Shown piece after piece: positions 48,216-58,243 of a DNA stretch of 64,000 bases; position 1 is the stretch's first letter, and each line of letters starts with the position of its first letter. The notes below the pieces were generated by a model. That model ran no database searches. It was given only the letters and a program-made list of their open reading frames with translations, and was not told the DNA's origin. This DNA comes from Kiritimatiellia bacterium. GTDB taxonomy: Bacteria; Verrucomicrobiota; Kiritimatiellia; RFP12; UBA1067. The stretch covers positions 576,001-640,000 of the forward strand of contig JBMNFY010000017.1 of assembly GCA_050949565.1 (NCBI GenBank). The letters are read 5' to 3'. The position numbers were made by a program, and so were the translations under genes.

Positions 48216-50873
48216 TCACGGAGCAGGCGTCAAAACAAGATTATCGACCTCATAGACCGAACCGAGCGTGCCATTGCTGCAGAAGCCAACCCATCCCAGT
48301 GTCTTGAATCCCGACGCGCACGGCAAGTCCGTGAACACCCGCGCCTGCGTCTCACCCGGCAAACGTACACGCACCTCATACCGACCGTTGCAGGCATCGC
48401 CGACCCCGGTTCGTAGTTCGACATGGAACCAAGCATGGTACGGAACTTTCAGCAACTCCTTCCCGTGCATACCGCGCATCAGGCCATCCCCGTCGATCGA
48501 GATCATCGGGCCGGAAGCGTACCACGGATCGACATCACGCAGTTCCAGGCTGGGTTGCGCGCCTTTACCGATACGCAGGTCACAGGAAAAGGCCACCATG
48601 CCCTGCCGACGTACAGAGTAAGCATAAAAATGGGGCTCATAGCCCTCAAGTTCATCGCGCACGCGCAGCGCACGTCGTCCGCCGGCCGCCACTTCGTCGG
48701 TCACCTGCACCAGCTCATCACGACCGCCGGATGCAAGATGCCAGCCGAGGATTCCTTGCCCGACAGCCAGTTTTTCAAAATCTTCGGCAAGCGGCAGTTC
48801 GGGCTCAAGCGGTGCCGGAGCGTAGGCCCCGGGCGGACGCGGCAACGTGTCGGTGGTGTTGGCGCGGACGCGGCGACCTGCCGCCGAAATATCGAACGGC
48901 ACGAAGCCCAGCTTAAGTGCGGGTGAGTTGTCGGCCAGACGGAAATCGCGGCGCGCCGCGTCGACAAAAAGCGGATCGGCGACACAGGCACCGGGCTCCC
49001 GCGCGAGCCAGCGGCCAGTCGGCGTGTCGGTCGCCAGCAAGGCATTGGAACTGCTCCCCACGCGCCAATAGAGGTTGCTGGCAAAACGGCAGTGGGCTGG
49101 CGGCGCGTGCAGGAACAGGTCGCGTTGCTGCCAGACGAAGAGGTTGCGCTCCACGCGCAGCGGATCGCCCTCGGAAGAGGTATCAGCCGTCAGTTGGTTT
49201 TTCCCGCCGAACGCGAAGATGTTATTGCGCACGATGTTGTTCTTGGAAGCACTGCCGTGGATCAAGCCGCCATCCTCGGCGTCGTAAACCAGATTGTTCT
49301 CAACGAGGATATGCGAGCTGCCCGAATCGAAGTAGACGCCCCAGCCGCCGTAGCGCGACCGTCGGATGTCATACATGACATTGAAGCGCTCGACCGATCC
49401 GGGTTGCTCGCCGAGCATGTAAATGCCGCCCATATCGGAGAGCACGCCTTGACCGATGCGAAAAATGCGGTTCCATTCGATACGGTTCGCGCAGGCGGGA
49501 TTGGGACCGAAGCACCACTTCCAACCGGCTGAAACGCCGCTGTAGTAGAGGTCGTGGATCGTGTTGTGCGCGACGGTGTTGGAAGCGGCATGGCCGATCC
49601 AGACGCCGACGCCAGCGGGATGGACGCGTCCGCCATACGCGATCAGCGTTTCGCGAACGGTGCATGCATATGCGTAGTTGCGCGGGTCTTCCTCCCCCTT
49701 CCAAGCCACGCCAATCTTCACACCGCCAGCACCGAGATCGAACAACTCGCAGTTGTCGACGACGCAGTCGCGACAGCCGTTGCCGAAGTCCACCGCATAG
49801 GTGCCGGTGTGGCGCACCGTGCAACGCTCGACGCGGACATGCCGCGCGTTGCGCGCCGTGAACGTGCCGGTGATCGGCGCTTCCGCCTGCGCATAGGAGT
49901 ATCCTTCGGCTGGCACGTTCCAGCCGTTGTGGGCCAGCGTCAATCCGCGAAAAACGAGATGCTCGACCGTCGTGCCCGCCTCGACATCACCGGCCAGCGT
50001 GATGACCGTCGCATGGCGCGGCGCAACCACACACGCCGTGACAGGGTCTTCGCCCGGCAGCGGAATATATGTGAGCACACCGCGCTCACGATCCAGATAC
50101 CACTGGCCCGGCTGATCGAAAGCCTCGATCACATTCTCGACGCGGTACCAGTTACGCGGCGTGATATCGTTCAACGTGGGATGCCAAGTCCGACCGGCGA
50201 GAATCACCGTGCGGGGTGCCGATTCGATGGCACGGATCGGGAAGCGCGAGAGGTTCCAGTTGTGGACGATGCAGACCTCTTTTTCGGCGAGATTGCGCCA
50301 CGTCGGCAGGATGTCGCCCTCGTGATAGACAAAGCGGTCAGGACAGACATTCGGCTCGACCGGCGAGGTCGCCGCGACAAAGCGGTATCCCTCGCGCGGC
50401 CACATCGGACGGAAGCGGCGCTGGTCGTTGACGTACAGTTGGGAAAAGACCCAGCCGCCGCGCGCGGCCGCAGGCAGTTCAACTTGCCAGCGGCCTTCCG
50501 GCGTGACACGCCAACCGCTGACAGGCACCCCGGCGCTGAGCAATGGCTGCTCGCCCTCGGCCGCCTCGTAAACAATCGGTGCGGCAGCAGTACCGGAGTC
50601 ATCGGGCGTGAATGTCAGCGGCTGCTCCAAGCGATAGGTACCGCCGCGCACGCGCACAACGACAGGACGCTGGCGTTCCGGCTCCTGACGCTTCAGATCG
50701 CGCACCGCGCGTCGCGCCCGGTCCAGCGTGGCGAAGGGTTGCGCGACCGTGCCCGCGCCCGCGTCACTCCCGTCCGGCGCAACCACGAAATCGGGTGTAC
50801 TCGCCGCGCCCCCTTCGAGTGCAGCCCAGAAGCAAACGCCTACGATTACCAGCCCAACAACTCCCCGCTTCAT
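48216..50873 (-). CDS. secreted right-handed parallel beta-helix protein (glycan-active candidate)
   Basis: VAPDGSD..GT...PFATL.RAR, DLGAGGV, LSDMGGIY, GWGVYFD, ADPLF.D. Confidence 0.8.
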   Translation of the reverse strand: MKRGVVGLVIVGVCFWAALEGGAASTPDFVVAPDGSDAGAGTVAQPFATLDRARRAVRDLKRQEPERQRPVVVRVRGGTYRLEQPLTFTPDDSGTAAAPIVYEAAEGEQPLLSAGVPVSGWRVTPEGRWQVELPAAARGGWVFSQLYVNDQRRFRPMWPREGYRFVAATSPVEPNVCPDRFVYHEGDILPTWRNLAEKEVCIVHNWNLSRFPIRAIESAPRTVILAGRTWHPTLNDITPRNWYRVENVIEAFDQPGQWYLDRERGVLTYIPLPGEDPVTACVVAPRHATVITLAGDVEAGTTVEHLVFRGLTLAHNGWNVPAEGYSYAQAEAPITGTFTARNARHVRVERCTVRHTGTYAVDFGNGCRDCVVDNCELFDLGAGGVKIGVAWKGEEDPRNYAYACTVRETLIAYGGRVHPAGVGVWIGHAASNTVAHNTIHDLYYSGVSAGWKWCFGPNPACANRIEWNRIFRIGQGVLSDMGGIYMLGEQPGSVERFNVMYDIRRSRYGGWGVYFDSGSSHILVENNLVYDAEDGGLIHGSASKNNIVRNNIFAFGGKNQLTADTSSEGDPLRVERNLFVWQQRDLFLHAPPAHCRFASNLYWRVGSSSNALLATDTPTGRWLAREPGACVADPLFVDAARRDFRLADNSPALKLGFVPFDISAAGRRVRANTTDTLPRPPGAYAPAPLEPELPLAEDFEKLAVGQGILGWHLASGGRDELVQVTDEVAAGGRRALRVRDELEGYEPHFYAYSVRRQGMVAFSCDLRIGKGAQPSLELRDVDPWYASGPMISIDGDGLMRGMHGKELLKVPYHAWFHVELRTGVGDACNGRYEVRVRLPGETQARVFTDLPCASGFKTLGWVGFCSNGTLGSVYEVDNLVLTPAP

Positions 50874-50947
50874 ATCCTTGGTCTCTCCTTGCCGTTTTAC
50901 GCTCCGCATGGCATCCGAGCCGTTCCTGCCGTGTCCTTTATCTTCTC

Positions 50948-52963
50948 TCACGAACGCCTGCGCTCAAGAACCATAGCGGTACGACAAGGTAAATAAATCT
51001 TGATGACAGAACACCGCTCGTTACCGCGCATTTCTGTCAACAGCCCGAACGTCTGCCCCGACTGGATGCGTCCCTGCCCGCCGAAGCGCGGCTCGTCGCT
51101 GTCCAAGACCAGCCGATAGGAACCGGGCGGCACCAAAACCGGGTAGTCTGACACCGAAGCCTCGCTGTGGAAATTGAAGAGGAAGATCAGCGGTCCGCGT
51201 TCAAAGACCAGAAGCTTGTCAGAGTCTGACACAAAGAGCCTGCGGGGGACGGTACCCTCAAGCGCCTCGCTCTCGCGAATCAGCCCAATCATCGCTTCGT
51301 CAAATTCGCCTAGGCACCAGTAGTACAGGTCAGGGTTGTCGCGCAATCCCCATTGACGGCGCGCGTAGTGATAGGAAAAACCGTTGCCCTCTCGTGGGAA
51401 GTCGATCCATTCGGGATGGCCGAACTCATTGCCCATGAAGTTGAGGTAGCCGTGACCGGAGGTCGCCAACGTGGCCAAGCGGGCGAGTTTGTGAAGCGCT
51501 ACACCGCGTTCGGTCTGGAGGTTGCTGGCCGTGCGCAACATAGCGTCGTAGATCGCGGCATCGACCAGTTGGAAGAAGAAGGTTTTGCCGCCGACCAGCG
51601 CCTGATCGTGGCTCTCCACATAATTGACGGTCTGCTCATCGGCGCGGCGGTTGGTTAATTCATGCCAGAGGTAACCGATACTCCAGTCCTCATCGCGTAT
51701 ATCGCGCACCAGCCGGAACCAGCACTCCGGCACGCCCATCGCCATGCGGTAATCGAAGCCAGCGCCACCGTCGTCGACCGGTGCCGCAAGGCCGGGCATG
51801 CCGCTCACGTCTTCGGCGATGGTGATGGCATCGGGACGCACCTCATGGATCACGCGGTTGGCGAGTGCACAGTAGACCCAAGCGTCCTCGTCAACAGTCG
51901 CATCAAAATACTGGCTGTAGTCCACAAAATCGACGCCCAGGCCATGATGCAGATAGAGCATGCTGGTGATACCGTCAAAACGGTAGCCGTCGATATGGAA
52001 CTCGTCCAACCAGTAGCGGCAATTGGAAAGCAGGAAATGGAGCACGTCGGTTTTGCCGTAATCGAAACAGCGAGAGTCCCAAGCGTCATGCCAACCCCGC
52101 ATACCGTCGTGGAAATATTGATACAGCGTGCCATCAAACCGCGACAGGCCATCCCGTTCGTTCTTGACGGCGTGCGAATGAACAATGTCCATGATCACCG
52201 CGATACCGGCTTCGTGCGCCGCATCGACCAGCGCCTTGAACGACTCTGGCGTGCCGAACCGCGAAGAGCAGGCGAAGAAGCTCGAAACATGATAGCCAAA
52301 CGAGCCGTAGTAGGGATGCTCCATCACCGCCATGATCTGGATAGTGTTGTACCCGGCACGCACGATGCGCGGCAAAACATTTTCGCGGAATTCGTCGAAA
52401 GTACCGACACCCAACTTGTCTTGGGCCATGCCGATATGCGTCTCGTAGATCAGCGGTACGCGCTGAGGCACCGTGAACGACGGCACACGCCAGACATACG
52501 GCGGCGGTTCCCAAACCTGCGCGGCAAAGAGCAGTGTGTCCGGGTCTTGGATGACCCGTCGCGCATAGGCCGGAATGCGTTCGCCGCGTCCACCCTCCCA
52601 CGCCATTTCCAACCGGTAGCATTGGCCGTGGCACAAGGCATCCGCCGGCAGCCGCACCTCCCAGACATCGCGCCCCGGAAGCCGGTTCAGGCGAAATGTA
52701 TCGCGCACCTGCCACTCTGAAAAATCACCCACGAGCCAGATGGAGGTCGCGTTGGGCGCCCATTCACGGAAAACCCAGCCATCCTCGGCGCGGTGCAATC
52801 CGTAGTACTCGTGGGCACAGGCGAACTCTGCAAGCGACCCCGGCGCTGACGCAAGTTCGGCGGCCCGTTGCTCGGCCTTATCAGCGCGCCTGCGGATGAT
52901 CTCGGCGTACGGCGCGAGATAGGGATCGTCCAGCAGACGCGCACGTGAAGCCGACACAGCCAT
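50948..52963 (-). CDS. glgB: 1,4-alpha-glucan branching enzyme (GH13)
   Basis: FREWAPNA, HPYYGSFGYHV, DGYRFDGITSM, AEDVSG, ESHDQALVG, NFMGNEFGHPEWIDFPR. Confidence 0.95.
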   Translation of the reverse strand: MAVSASRARLLDDPYLAPYAEIIRRRADKAEQRAAELASAPGSLAEFACAHEYYGLHRAEDGWVFREWAPNATSIWLVGDFSEWQVRDTFRLNRLPGRDVWEVRLPADALCHGQCYRLEMAWEGGRGERIPAYARRVIQDPDTLLFAAQVWEPPPYVWRVPSFTVPQRVPLIYETHIGMAQDKLGVGTFDEFRENVLPRIVRAGYNTIQIMAVMEHPYYGSFGYHVSSFFACSSRFGTPESFKALVDAAHEAGIAVIMDIVHSHAVKNERDGLSRFDGTLYQYFHDGMRGWHDAWDSRCFDYGKTDVLHFLLSNCRYWLDEFHIDGYRFDGITSMLYLHHGLGVDFVDYSQYFDATVDEDAWVYCALANRVIHEVRPDAITIAEDVSGMPGLAAPVDDGGAGFDYRMAMGVPECWFRLVRDIRDEDWSIGYLWHELTNRRADEQTVNYVESHDQALVGGKTFFFQLVDAAIYDAMLRTASNLQTERGVALHKLARLATLATSGHGYLNFMGNEFGHPEWIDFPREGNGFSYHYARRQWGLRDNPDLYYWCLGEFDEAMIGLIRESEALEGTVPRRLFVSDSDKLLVFERGPLIFLFNFHSEASVSDYPVLVPPGSYRLVLDSDEPRFGGQGRIQSGQTFGLLTEMRGNERCSVIKIYLPCRTAMVLERRRS

Positions 52964-52998
52964 AACCTGATCTCCTTAATTCGGGGTAAACGTTGACC

Positions 52999-54591
52999 TC
53001 ACGCGAACGAACGCACCAACGAACGCTTGAGCATCTTCTCGTAGATGTCGATGTAGCTTTTCGCGCAGGTCTCGTGGTTGAACCGAGCGAGTCCTTCACG
53101 CATCACCCGCGTGATCTGCGCCTCACGATCTTCCGCCGGCCTGCTGTAGAACTCCATCGCCCTATTCATCGCCCACTCCAGCCCGTTACTACCGTAGACC
53201 TTGAAGACGAAACCGTTACCGGTACCGGCCGCCGCATCGATGTGCTCAACCGTATCGTGCAACCCGCCAGTGTCATGCACCACCGGTAGCGATCCATAGA
53301 GTTGCCCCACCATCTGCGGCAACCCGCACGGCTCGAAGAGCGACGGCACCAGCGTGAAGTCCGAGGCCGCATAACCAAGTTGTGAGAGCCCCTGATTGAA
53401 ATCGCATACCGCCAGACGCCCGTAGAGGTCGTGGAAGCGCAGGATATCGTAAAAGGGCTGTTGGAAAGCACCGTTCGCTACGATGGCGATCTGCACGCGA
53501 CGCCGCCAGTGACGCGCCAAGAAGCGGTAGAGAATGTCGGCCAAAAGCTGCGGTCCCTTTTGAGCGGGATCGAGCCGTGACGGCCAGAAAAAGAGCGGCA
53601 CATCGGGGTCCTCCTCCAGCCCCACCTTGTGCTGAAACGCGACTTTGTTGGCGCGCTTGGCCTCGCGGTGCGTCTCGGGCGTATAATTGACTTCGAGGTT
53701 GGAATCGGTCTCTGGATTGTCCCCGGTGTCCGGCGCGTTCAAGATGCCCACCGCACAACCGGCACGGTCCTTGTTGCGAATCTCCTCGCGCAATGCTCCC
53801 GGAATAAAGTCGTGCCAGCCATTGACGATCTCCTTGAGGAAAGTTGGACTGACCGTATTGATAAAGTGCGCGGCGAAAACACCGCTGGCCTGCATGTCAA
53901 CCGGGTTGGTGTTACGCGATTCCTCGTAGTTGTACGGCTCGCGTTTGTAGTAAAGGTTGTTCCAGAACTCGGCCGCGTCAATACCCGAGTCCTCGATCTG
54001 CGCCAGCGTCAGGTGGTGCGTGTGGATGTTGTGCACCGTGAAGAGGCAAGGAATGCCCATGCGCCGCGCTGCGGCGGGGATCAGCCCTGTCATCCAGTCG
54101 TTGCAGTGGATCAGGTCGGGTTGCACCGTCGGGATGATGTTGTTGATCACCTCGCGCGAAAAAACCAGCGCCAGCTTGGGGTTTTCGTCCTGGGATTGAC
54201 TATAGACCGTATCACGGTAGTAAAAGCAACGGTCCTCAGCCAGATGGATACGGCTATCGGGCAGACGGCTTTTGTAGACGCGCAGTTCATCGCTGATCAA
54301 CTGGCCGACCTCCACGTGAAACATGCGCCGGTAGTGCGGCAACGCCACGTGTACATCGGCGCCAAGATCAAACAGCGCCGCCACCAGCGACGCCGAAACG
54401 TCCGCCAGACCGCCAGCCTTGGCGTTCAGCTTACACGCCATATTGCCCATGCCGGCCGGCAGATAAGTAATCTCCGGCGTAACGATCAGGATCCGCGGTT
54501 TTCGACTGCTCACAACAACATTGTCAGTGCCATCGACGACACCGTTGCCGTTGCTGTTACCATTGCCATTATTCTTCTTTTGTTTCGACAT
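52999..54591 (-). CDS. glgA: glycogen synthase (GT5)
   Basis: KAGGLADV, IHCNDW, FTVHN, PSLFEPCGL, TGGL.DTV. Confidence 0.93.
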   Translation of the reverse strand: MSKQKKNNGNGNSNGNGVVDGTDNVVVSSRKPRILIVTPEITYLPAGMGNMACKLNAKAGGLADVSASLVAALFDLGADVHVALPHYRRMFHVEVGQLISDELRVYKSRLPDSRIHLAEDRCFYYRDTVYSQSQDENPKLALVFSREVINNIIPTVQPDLIHCNDWMTGLIPAAARRMGIPCLFTVHNIHTHHLTLAQIEDSGIDAAEFWNNLYYKREPYNYEESRNTNPVDMQASGVFAAHFINTVSPTFLKEIVNGWHDFIPGALREEIRNKDRAGCAVGILNAPDTGDNPETDSNLEVNYTPETHREAKRANKVAFQHKVGLEEDPDVPLFFWPSRLDPAQKGPQLLADILYRFLARHWRRRVQIAIVANGAFQQPFYDILRFHDLYGRLAVCDFNQGLSQLGYAASDFTLVPSLFEPCGLPQMVGQLYGSLPVVHDTGGLHDTVEHIDAAAGTGNGFVFKVYGSNGLEWAMNRAMEFYSRPAEDREAQITRVMREGLARFNHETCAKSYIDIYEKMLKRSLVRSFA

Positions 54592-54634
54592 GCGTCACAC
54601 CTTTCTCACACGCCCCAAGGCAAAACCGGCCGTA

Positions 54635-55042
54635 TCACCGTGTCGGCTCTACCACCGCTTTCACCTTATCGGACAACTCGCTGATGCGCTGCCGCTCCTG
54701 CTCAAGTTTCGCGTTTTTCTCCTGCAATGCCGGCAGAGCCATGACCTTTTTTCTCAACTCGATCTGCGTGCGCGACAACTCATCTTGCAACTCCTGACAC
54801 CGCTTGCGCAACGCCTCAATCTCAGGCGACGTATGCGTCGTGTCGTTCACCGCCCGGTTCAACTCGCCTTCCAACCGGTGCGCCGTAATCATCCGTTCGG
54901 CGCGTTCTGCCATCCAGTCGTTCAATTGCTTTTTCTGCACCTCGGTGAGCTTGGAAAGGTCCTGCGCCACCAGCAGGCCGACCGCGCCGATCAGGCACGC
55001 CGCCACCATGCATGTCAACTTTACTACTCGCATCGCGCGCAT
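54635..55042 (-). CDS. secreted coiled-coil hypothetical protein
   Basis: SD AGGAG, signal peptide, heptad-rich body. Confidence 0.7.
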   Translation of the reverse strand: MRAMRVVKLTCMVAACLIGAVGLLVAQDLSKLTEVQKKQLNDWMAERAERMITAHRLEGELNRAVNDTTHTSPEIEALRKRCQELQDELSRTQIELRKKVMALPALQEKNAKLEQERQRISELSDKVKAVVEPTR

Positions 55043-55115
55043 AGCTACTCCTACTTCTGTATTCGATGTCTGGACGCAGTATATGGGAAAGGGCCGGTTT
55101 ATGCAACACATGCCG

Positions 55116-55757
55116 TCAGCGAAATCCCGCCAATTTGTGCGTTTGGAGCGAAAGCAGCCACTTTTTCGTGCGCCGCCCCCGATTCAGGCGTCCCAGCAAG
55201 CGCACGGTGTCGGCCGTATTAACCTCCCCGGCACGGTCACAGGGCGACAGGAAATAGTGCGCCGCCTCGATCCGGTCGCGCATATTCTCGCAAAAAGCCT
55301 GGACATCGCCATCCACCACAATGCGCACTTCATCGGCTTGCCGCACCATCTGCTCGTCGTCGTAAAGTTCAGCGTAGAGCGCCTTAGGCGACACCGCCAG
55401 ATAGTCGATATGCCGCCGCCACGGCTCAAGCGGCGCGATCAAACCATTTGTCTCAAGGGCTATCCAATAGCCCAACGACTTGAACCGCTCCAGCAGCCCG
55501 CCCAGCCCCGCGTGGATCAACGGTTCGCCGCCGGTGATGATCAGCGTCTTACAGGCAAACGCCGCCACCCGCTCAACCACCTCATCTTCGCTGAGCGTCT
55601 CAAAGCGATCGAAAACGGTATCGCACCACGGGCATGCCAAATTGCAACCGCCCAGACGCAGGAAGACAGCCGGCATCCCGGTGTTGTACCCCTCGCCCTG
55701 TAGCGACTCAAAGATCTCGACAACCTGTATCCCGTCCGCATCCTGCGTCATGGACAT
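55116..55757 (-). CDS. queE: 7-carboxy-7-deazaguanine synthase (radical SAM)
   Basis: SLQGEG, CNLACPWCDT, TGGEP, ETNG, LQTHK. Confidence 0.95.
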   Translation of the reverse strand: MSMTQDADGIQVVEIFESLQGEGYNTGMPAVFLRLGGCNLACPWCDTVFDRFETLSEDEVVERVAAFACKTLIITGGEPLIHAGLGGLLERFKSLGYWIALETNGLIAPLEPWRRHIDYLAVSPKALYAELYDDEQMVRQADEVRIVVDGDVQAFCENMRDRIEAAHYFLSPCDRAGEVNTADTVRLLGRLNRGRRTKKWLLSLQTHKLAGFR

Positions 55758-56173
55758 TCTCCCGCACCACGACGGTACTCCGCGCACGATTCGGGCGTCT
55801 CCAGCACCTTGACCGACGTCACGTTCACGCGGTCGGCAAGTACATCATAAAAATAACGCGCCAGATTTTCGGACGTGGAGCGGAACGGCAACCCCACGCT
55901 TTTCATACCATGCTTGGCGATCACTGCCGCAATTTCACACTCGCTTTCACTGGTCTCGTCGTAAATGAAGGCGTGATCAAAGCGCTCCACAATCACATCG
56001 CGGATCACCTGCTTGAGATCCTTAAAATCGATCACCATGTCACGTCCGTCATCCTCCCCGGACACCTCCACGATTACGCGGTAAGTATGCCCGTGAAGAT
56101 TACGGCACTGACCCGCATGGTGCGTCAACACATGCGCCGCATCAAACTGGCATTGCTTGGACACCGTCAGCAT
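55748..56173 (-). CDS. queD: 6-carboxytetrahydropterin synthase
   Basis: FDAAH, C.NLHGHTY, DF..LK, DH, TSENLA, ETP. Confidence 0.95.
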   Translation of the reverse strand: MLTVSKQCQFDAAHVLTHHAGQCRNLHGHTYRVIVEVSGEDDGRDMVIDFKDLKQVIRDVIVERFDHAFIYDETSESECEIAAVIAKHGMKSVGLPFRSTSENLARYFYDVLADRVNVTSVKVLETPESCAEYRRGAGECP

Positions 56174-56180
56174 GACTTCA

Positions 56181-56310
56181 ACTCCTCGCCTATAACTTGA
56201 GCGTTGAGCGTTGAGCGTTGAGCGTTTTTTTAACGCAGAACTCAGAACGCAGAACACCGAACTCCGAAGCGGAAAATTCCCAAATCCTAACTCCTAAATC
56301 CTAAATCCTG
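56181..56310. repeat. heptamer element plus (AATCCTA)n between queC and queD
   Basis: (TTGAGCG)x4, (CAGAACK)n and aatcctaa repeats; inverted homolog of 33919-34028. Confidence 0.85.
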
Positions 56311-56983
56311 ACTCTTCCCTCTTCCGACACATCCGATACGCCTCATACCCACGGCGGCGCAACTCGCAGCTCGGGCATACCCCGCAACCGGCTCCGATCA
56401 CGCCGTTGTAGCAGGTCAACGTATGCTCCGCCACGTACTCCAGCACACCTAGACTATCGGCCAGCGCCCACGTCTCTTCCTTGGTCAACCCCATCAGCGG
56501 CGTGAGCACCCGAAACGGGTAGTCCATCGCCAGATTCAGCGTCTCATTGCACGATTTCACAAACACATCCCGGCAGTCGGGATATCCACTGTAGTCCGTC
56601 TCGCTGACGCCGATAATCAAATCGCGGATGTCGCGGCTCTTGGCATAGATCGCAGCAACCAGCAGAAAGAGCATGTTGCGTCCGTCCACCACGGTGTTCG
56701 GACACGCCGCGCCCTCCGCCTGATGGATCTCCGTCGCCGGATCTAGCAGCGCGTTGTTCGTGATCTGGCTGTACCATGCCAGATCAATCACCCGGTGCTC
56801 GGACACGCCGAAATGCTCCGCCACCGCACGCGCCACCGCAACCTCGCGCGCGTGCCGCTGCCCGTATTGGAACGTGATGCACGAGACCGCCGCAGCGCCG
56901 CGCATCTGCACGGCCTGCGCCAGGCAGGTCGTGCTGTCCTGTCCACCCGACAAAATCACCAATGCCCTATCGTTCCTCATCAT
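56294..56983 (-). CDS. queC: 7-cyano-7-deazaguanine synthase
   Basis: SGGQDSTTC, YGQRH, GRN, GYPDCR, TCYNG, CGVCPSC..R. Confidence 0.96.
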   Translation of the reverse strand: MMRNDRALVILSGGQDSTTCLAQAVQMRGAAAVSCITFQYGQRHAREVAVARAVAEHFGVSEHRVIDLAWYSQITNNALLDPATEIHQAEGAACPNTVVDGRNMLFLLVAAIYAKSRDIRDLIIGVSETDYSGYPDCRDVFVKSCNETLNLAMDYPFRVLTPLMGLTKEETWALADSLGVLEYVAEHTLTCYNGVIGAGCGVCPSCELRRRGYEAYRMCRKREESGFRI

Positions 56984-56997
56984 GACACCCCATGAAA

Positions 56998-57201
56998 AAC
57001 GCAGAGACGCGGAGACGCGGAGACGCAGAGGTTTTTACGGGACGGCGTCGCGACTGCAAGTCTGGTGCAAAGTGTGTCTCCGCGCACAGCGCGGAGGGAA
57101 AGCGGTGCCGCGACCCGCGCACAGCGCGGCTCTTGTCACCGCACTCCAAGTTTTTCCGCCGCACCATGCGCGGCAAAACAATCATGTTAATCATGTTAAT
57201 C
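56998..57201 (+). repeat. composite repeat copy A (3' side of queF)
   Basis: Colinear with 57823-58209. Confidence 0.85.
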
Positions 57202-57694
57202 CTAGTTGGACGGCACCGGCCCGCAACCCGGAATGGGCGGCAAAGCGCTTTTCGGCCAGCGCGGCGTACGTGGTACCGGACCGGCCGTAGTTCACGTAGG
57301 GATCGATCGAGATGCCGCCGCGCGGCGTGAATCGTCCCAACACCTCGATATACTTGGGTGCCATCAACGCACGTAGGTCTTTGAGAATCACGTTCACGCA
57401 ATCTTCATGGAAATCGCCATGGTTGCGGAAACTGAAGAGATAGAGCTTGAGCGACTTGCTCTCCACCAGTCGCTCGTCCGGAATATACTGGATCGTCAGG
57501 GTCGCGAAGTCCGGCTGTCCAGTGACCGGACAAAGTGTGGTGAACTCCGGACAGGTGAAGGTCACCCAGTAGTCGGTGTCAGTGTGCTTGTTGGCAAACG
57601 TCTCCAGCAACGCGGGATCGTAACGGTCGGCGTATGCCGTCCCGCTACTGCCCAGTTGGGTCACACCCTGCAACTCTTCTTTTGTTCGGCTCAT
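57191..57694 (-). CDS. queF: NADPH-dependent 7-cyano-7-deazaguanine reductase (type I)
   Basis: [40 protein letters not shown]. Confidence 0.96.
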   Translation of the reverse strand: MSRTKEELQGVTQLGSSGTAYADRYDPALLETFANKHTDTDYWVTFTCPEFTTLCPVTGQPDFATLTIQYIPDERLVESKSLKLYLFSFRNHGDFHEDCVNVILKDLRALMAPKYIEVLGRFTPRGGISIDPYVNYGRSGTTYAALAEKRFAAHSGLRAGAVQLGLT

Positions 57695-57774
57695 AATCGC
57701 TCCTGTTGGCTCGTTTCATTATCGGTTAGTGACGAGGGCACGCGAGTTGAGCGCGTGTTGCGTGCCTGGCGCAC

Positions 57775-58209
57775 GAGCGCGGGCGTCCCCGCCCGCAGAG
57801 AGTTGAGCGTTGAAAGTTTTTTAACGCAGAGACGCGAAGGCGCAGAGGTTTTTACGGGACGGCATCGTGACTGCAAGTCTGGCAAGAGAATTTGGATTGC
57901 GGCGGCAAGCGGTATTCCACGCGACGCCGCTTTTTGAGCATGAGTGCAACGGCAAGATGTGTGCAAACGCGGCGCCGCGAGCCGTAAATAGCTTGTCTTC
58001 GTCGAAACACTTCGTCGCTGGCTCAATCGACTAGGTGTGGCGACTAAGTGTATTCGACTAAGTGCGGGGACTAAGTGTATCTCCGCGCACAGCGCGGAGG
58101 GAAAGCGGTGCCGCGACCCGCGCACAGCGCGGCTCTTGTCACCGCACTCCAAATTTTTCCGCCACGCCGTGCGCGGCACAGCAATCATGTTAATCATGTT
58201 AATCATGTC
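57775..58209 (+). repeat. composite repeat copy B (5' side of queF) with a ~190-bp insert of further modules
   Basis: Matches copy A at 57823-57882 and 58073-58209; insert contains a REP-like hairpin and GACTAAGTG-type repeats x4. Confidence 0.85.
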
Positions 58210-58243
58210 AAAAAAATCAGAAACGCATGACCTTCGCACATCC

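Noticed and set aside
55116-57694. 7-deazaguanine DNA-modification (dpd) defence island
   Set aside because: No dpdA or other dpd genes are present, and queF indicates ordinary queuosine precursor synthesis.
57695-57780. preQ1 riboswitch upstream of queF
   Set aside because: Hairpins are possible (CACGCG/CGCGTG, CTCGT/ACGAG), but I could not recognise the class I loop and A-rich tail or class II/III features. An Rfam cmsearch would settle it.
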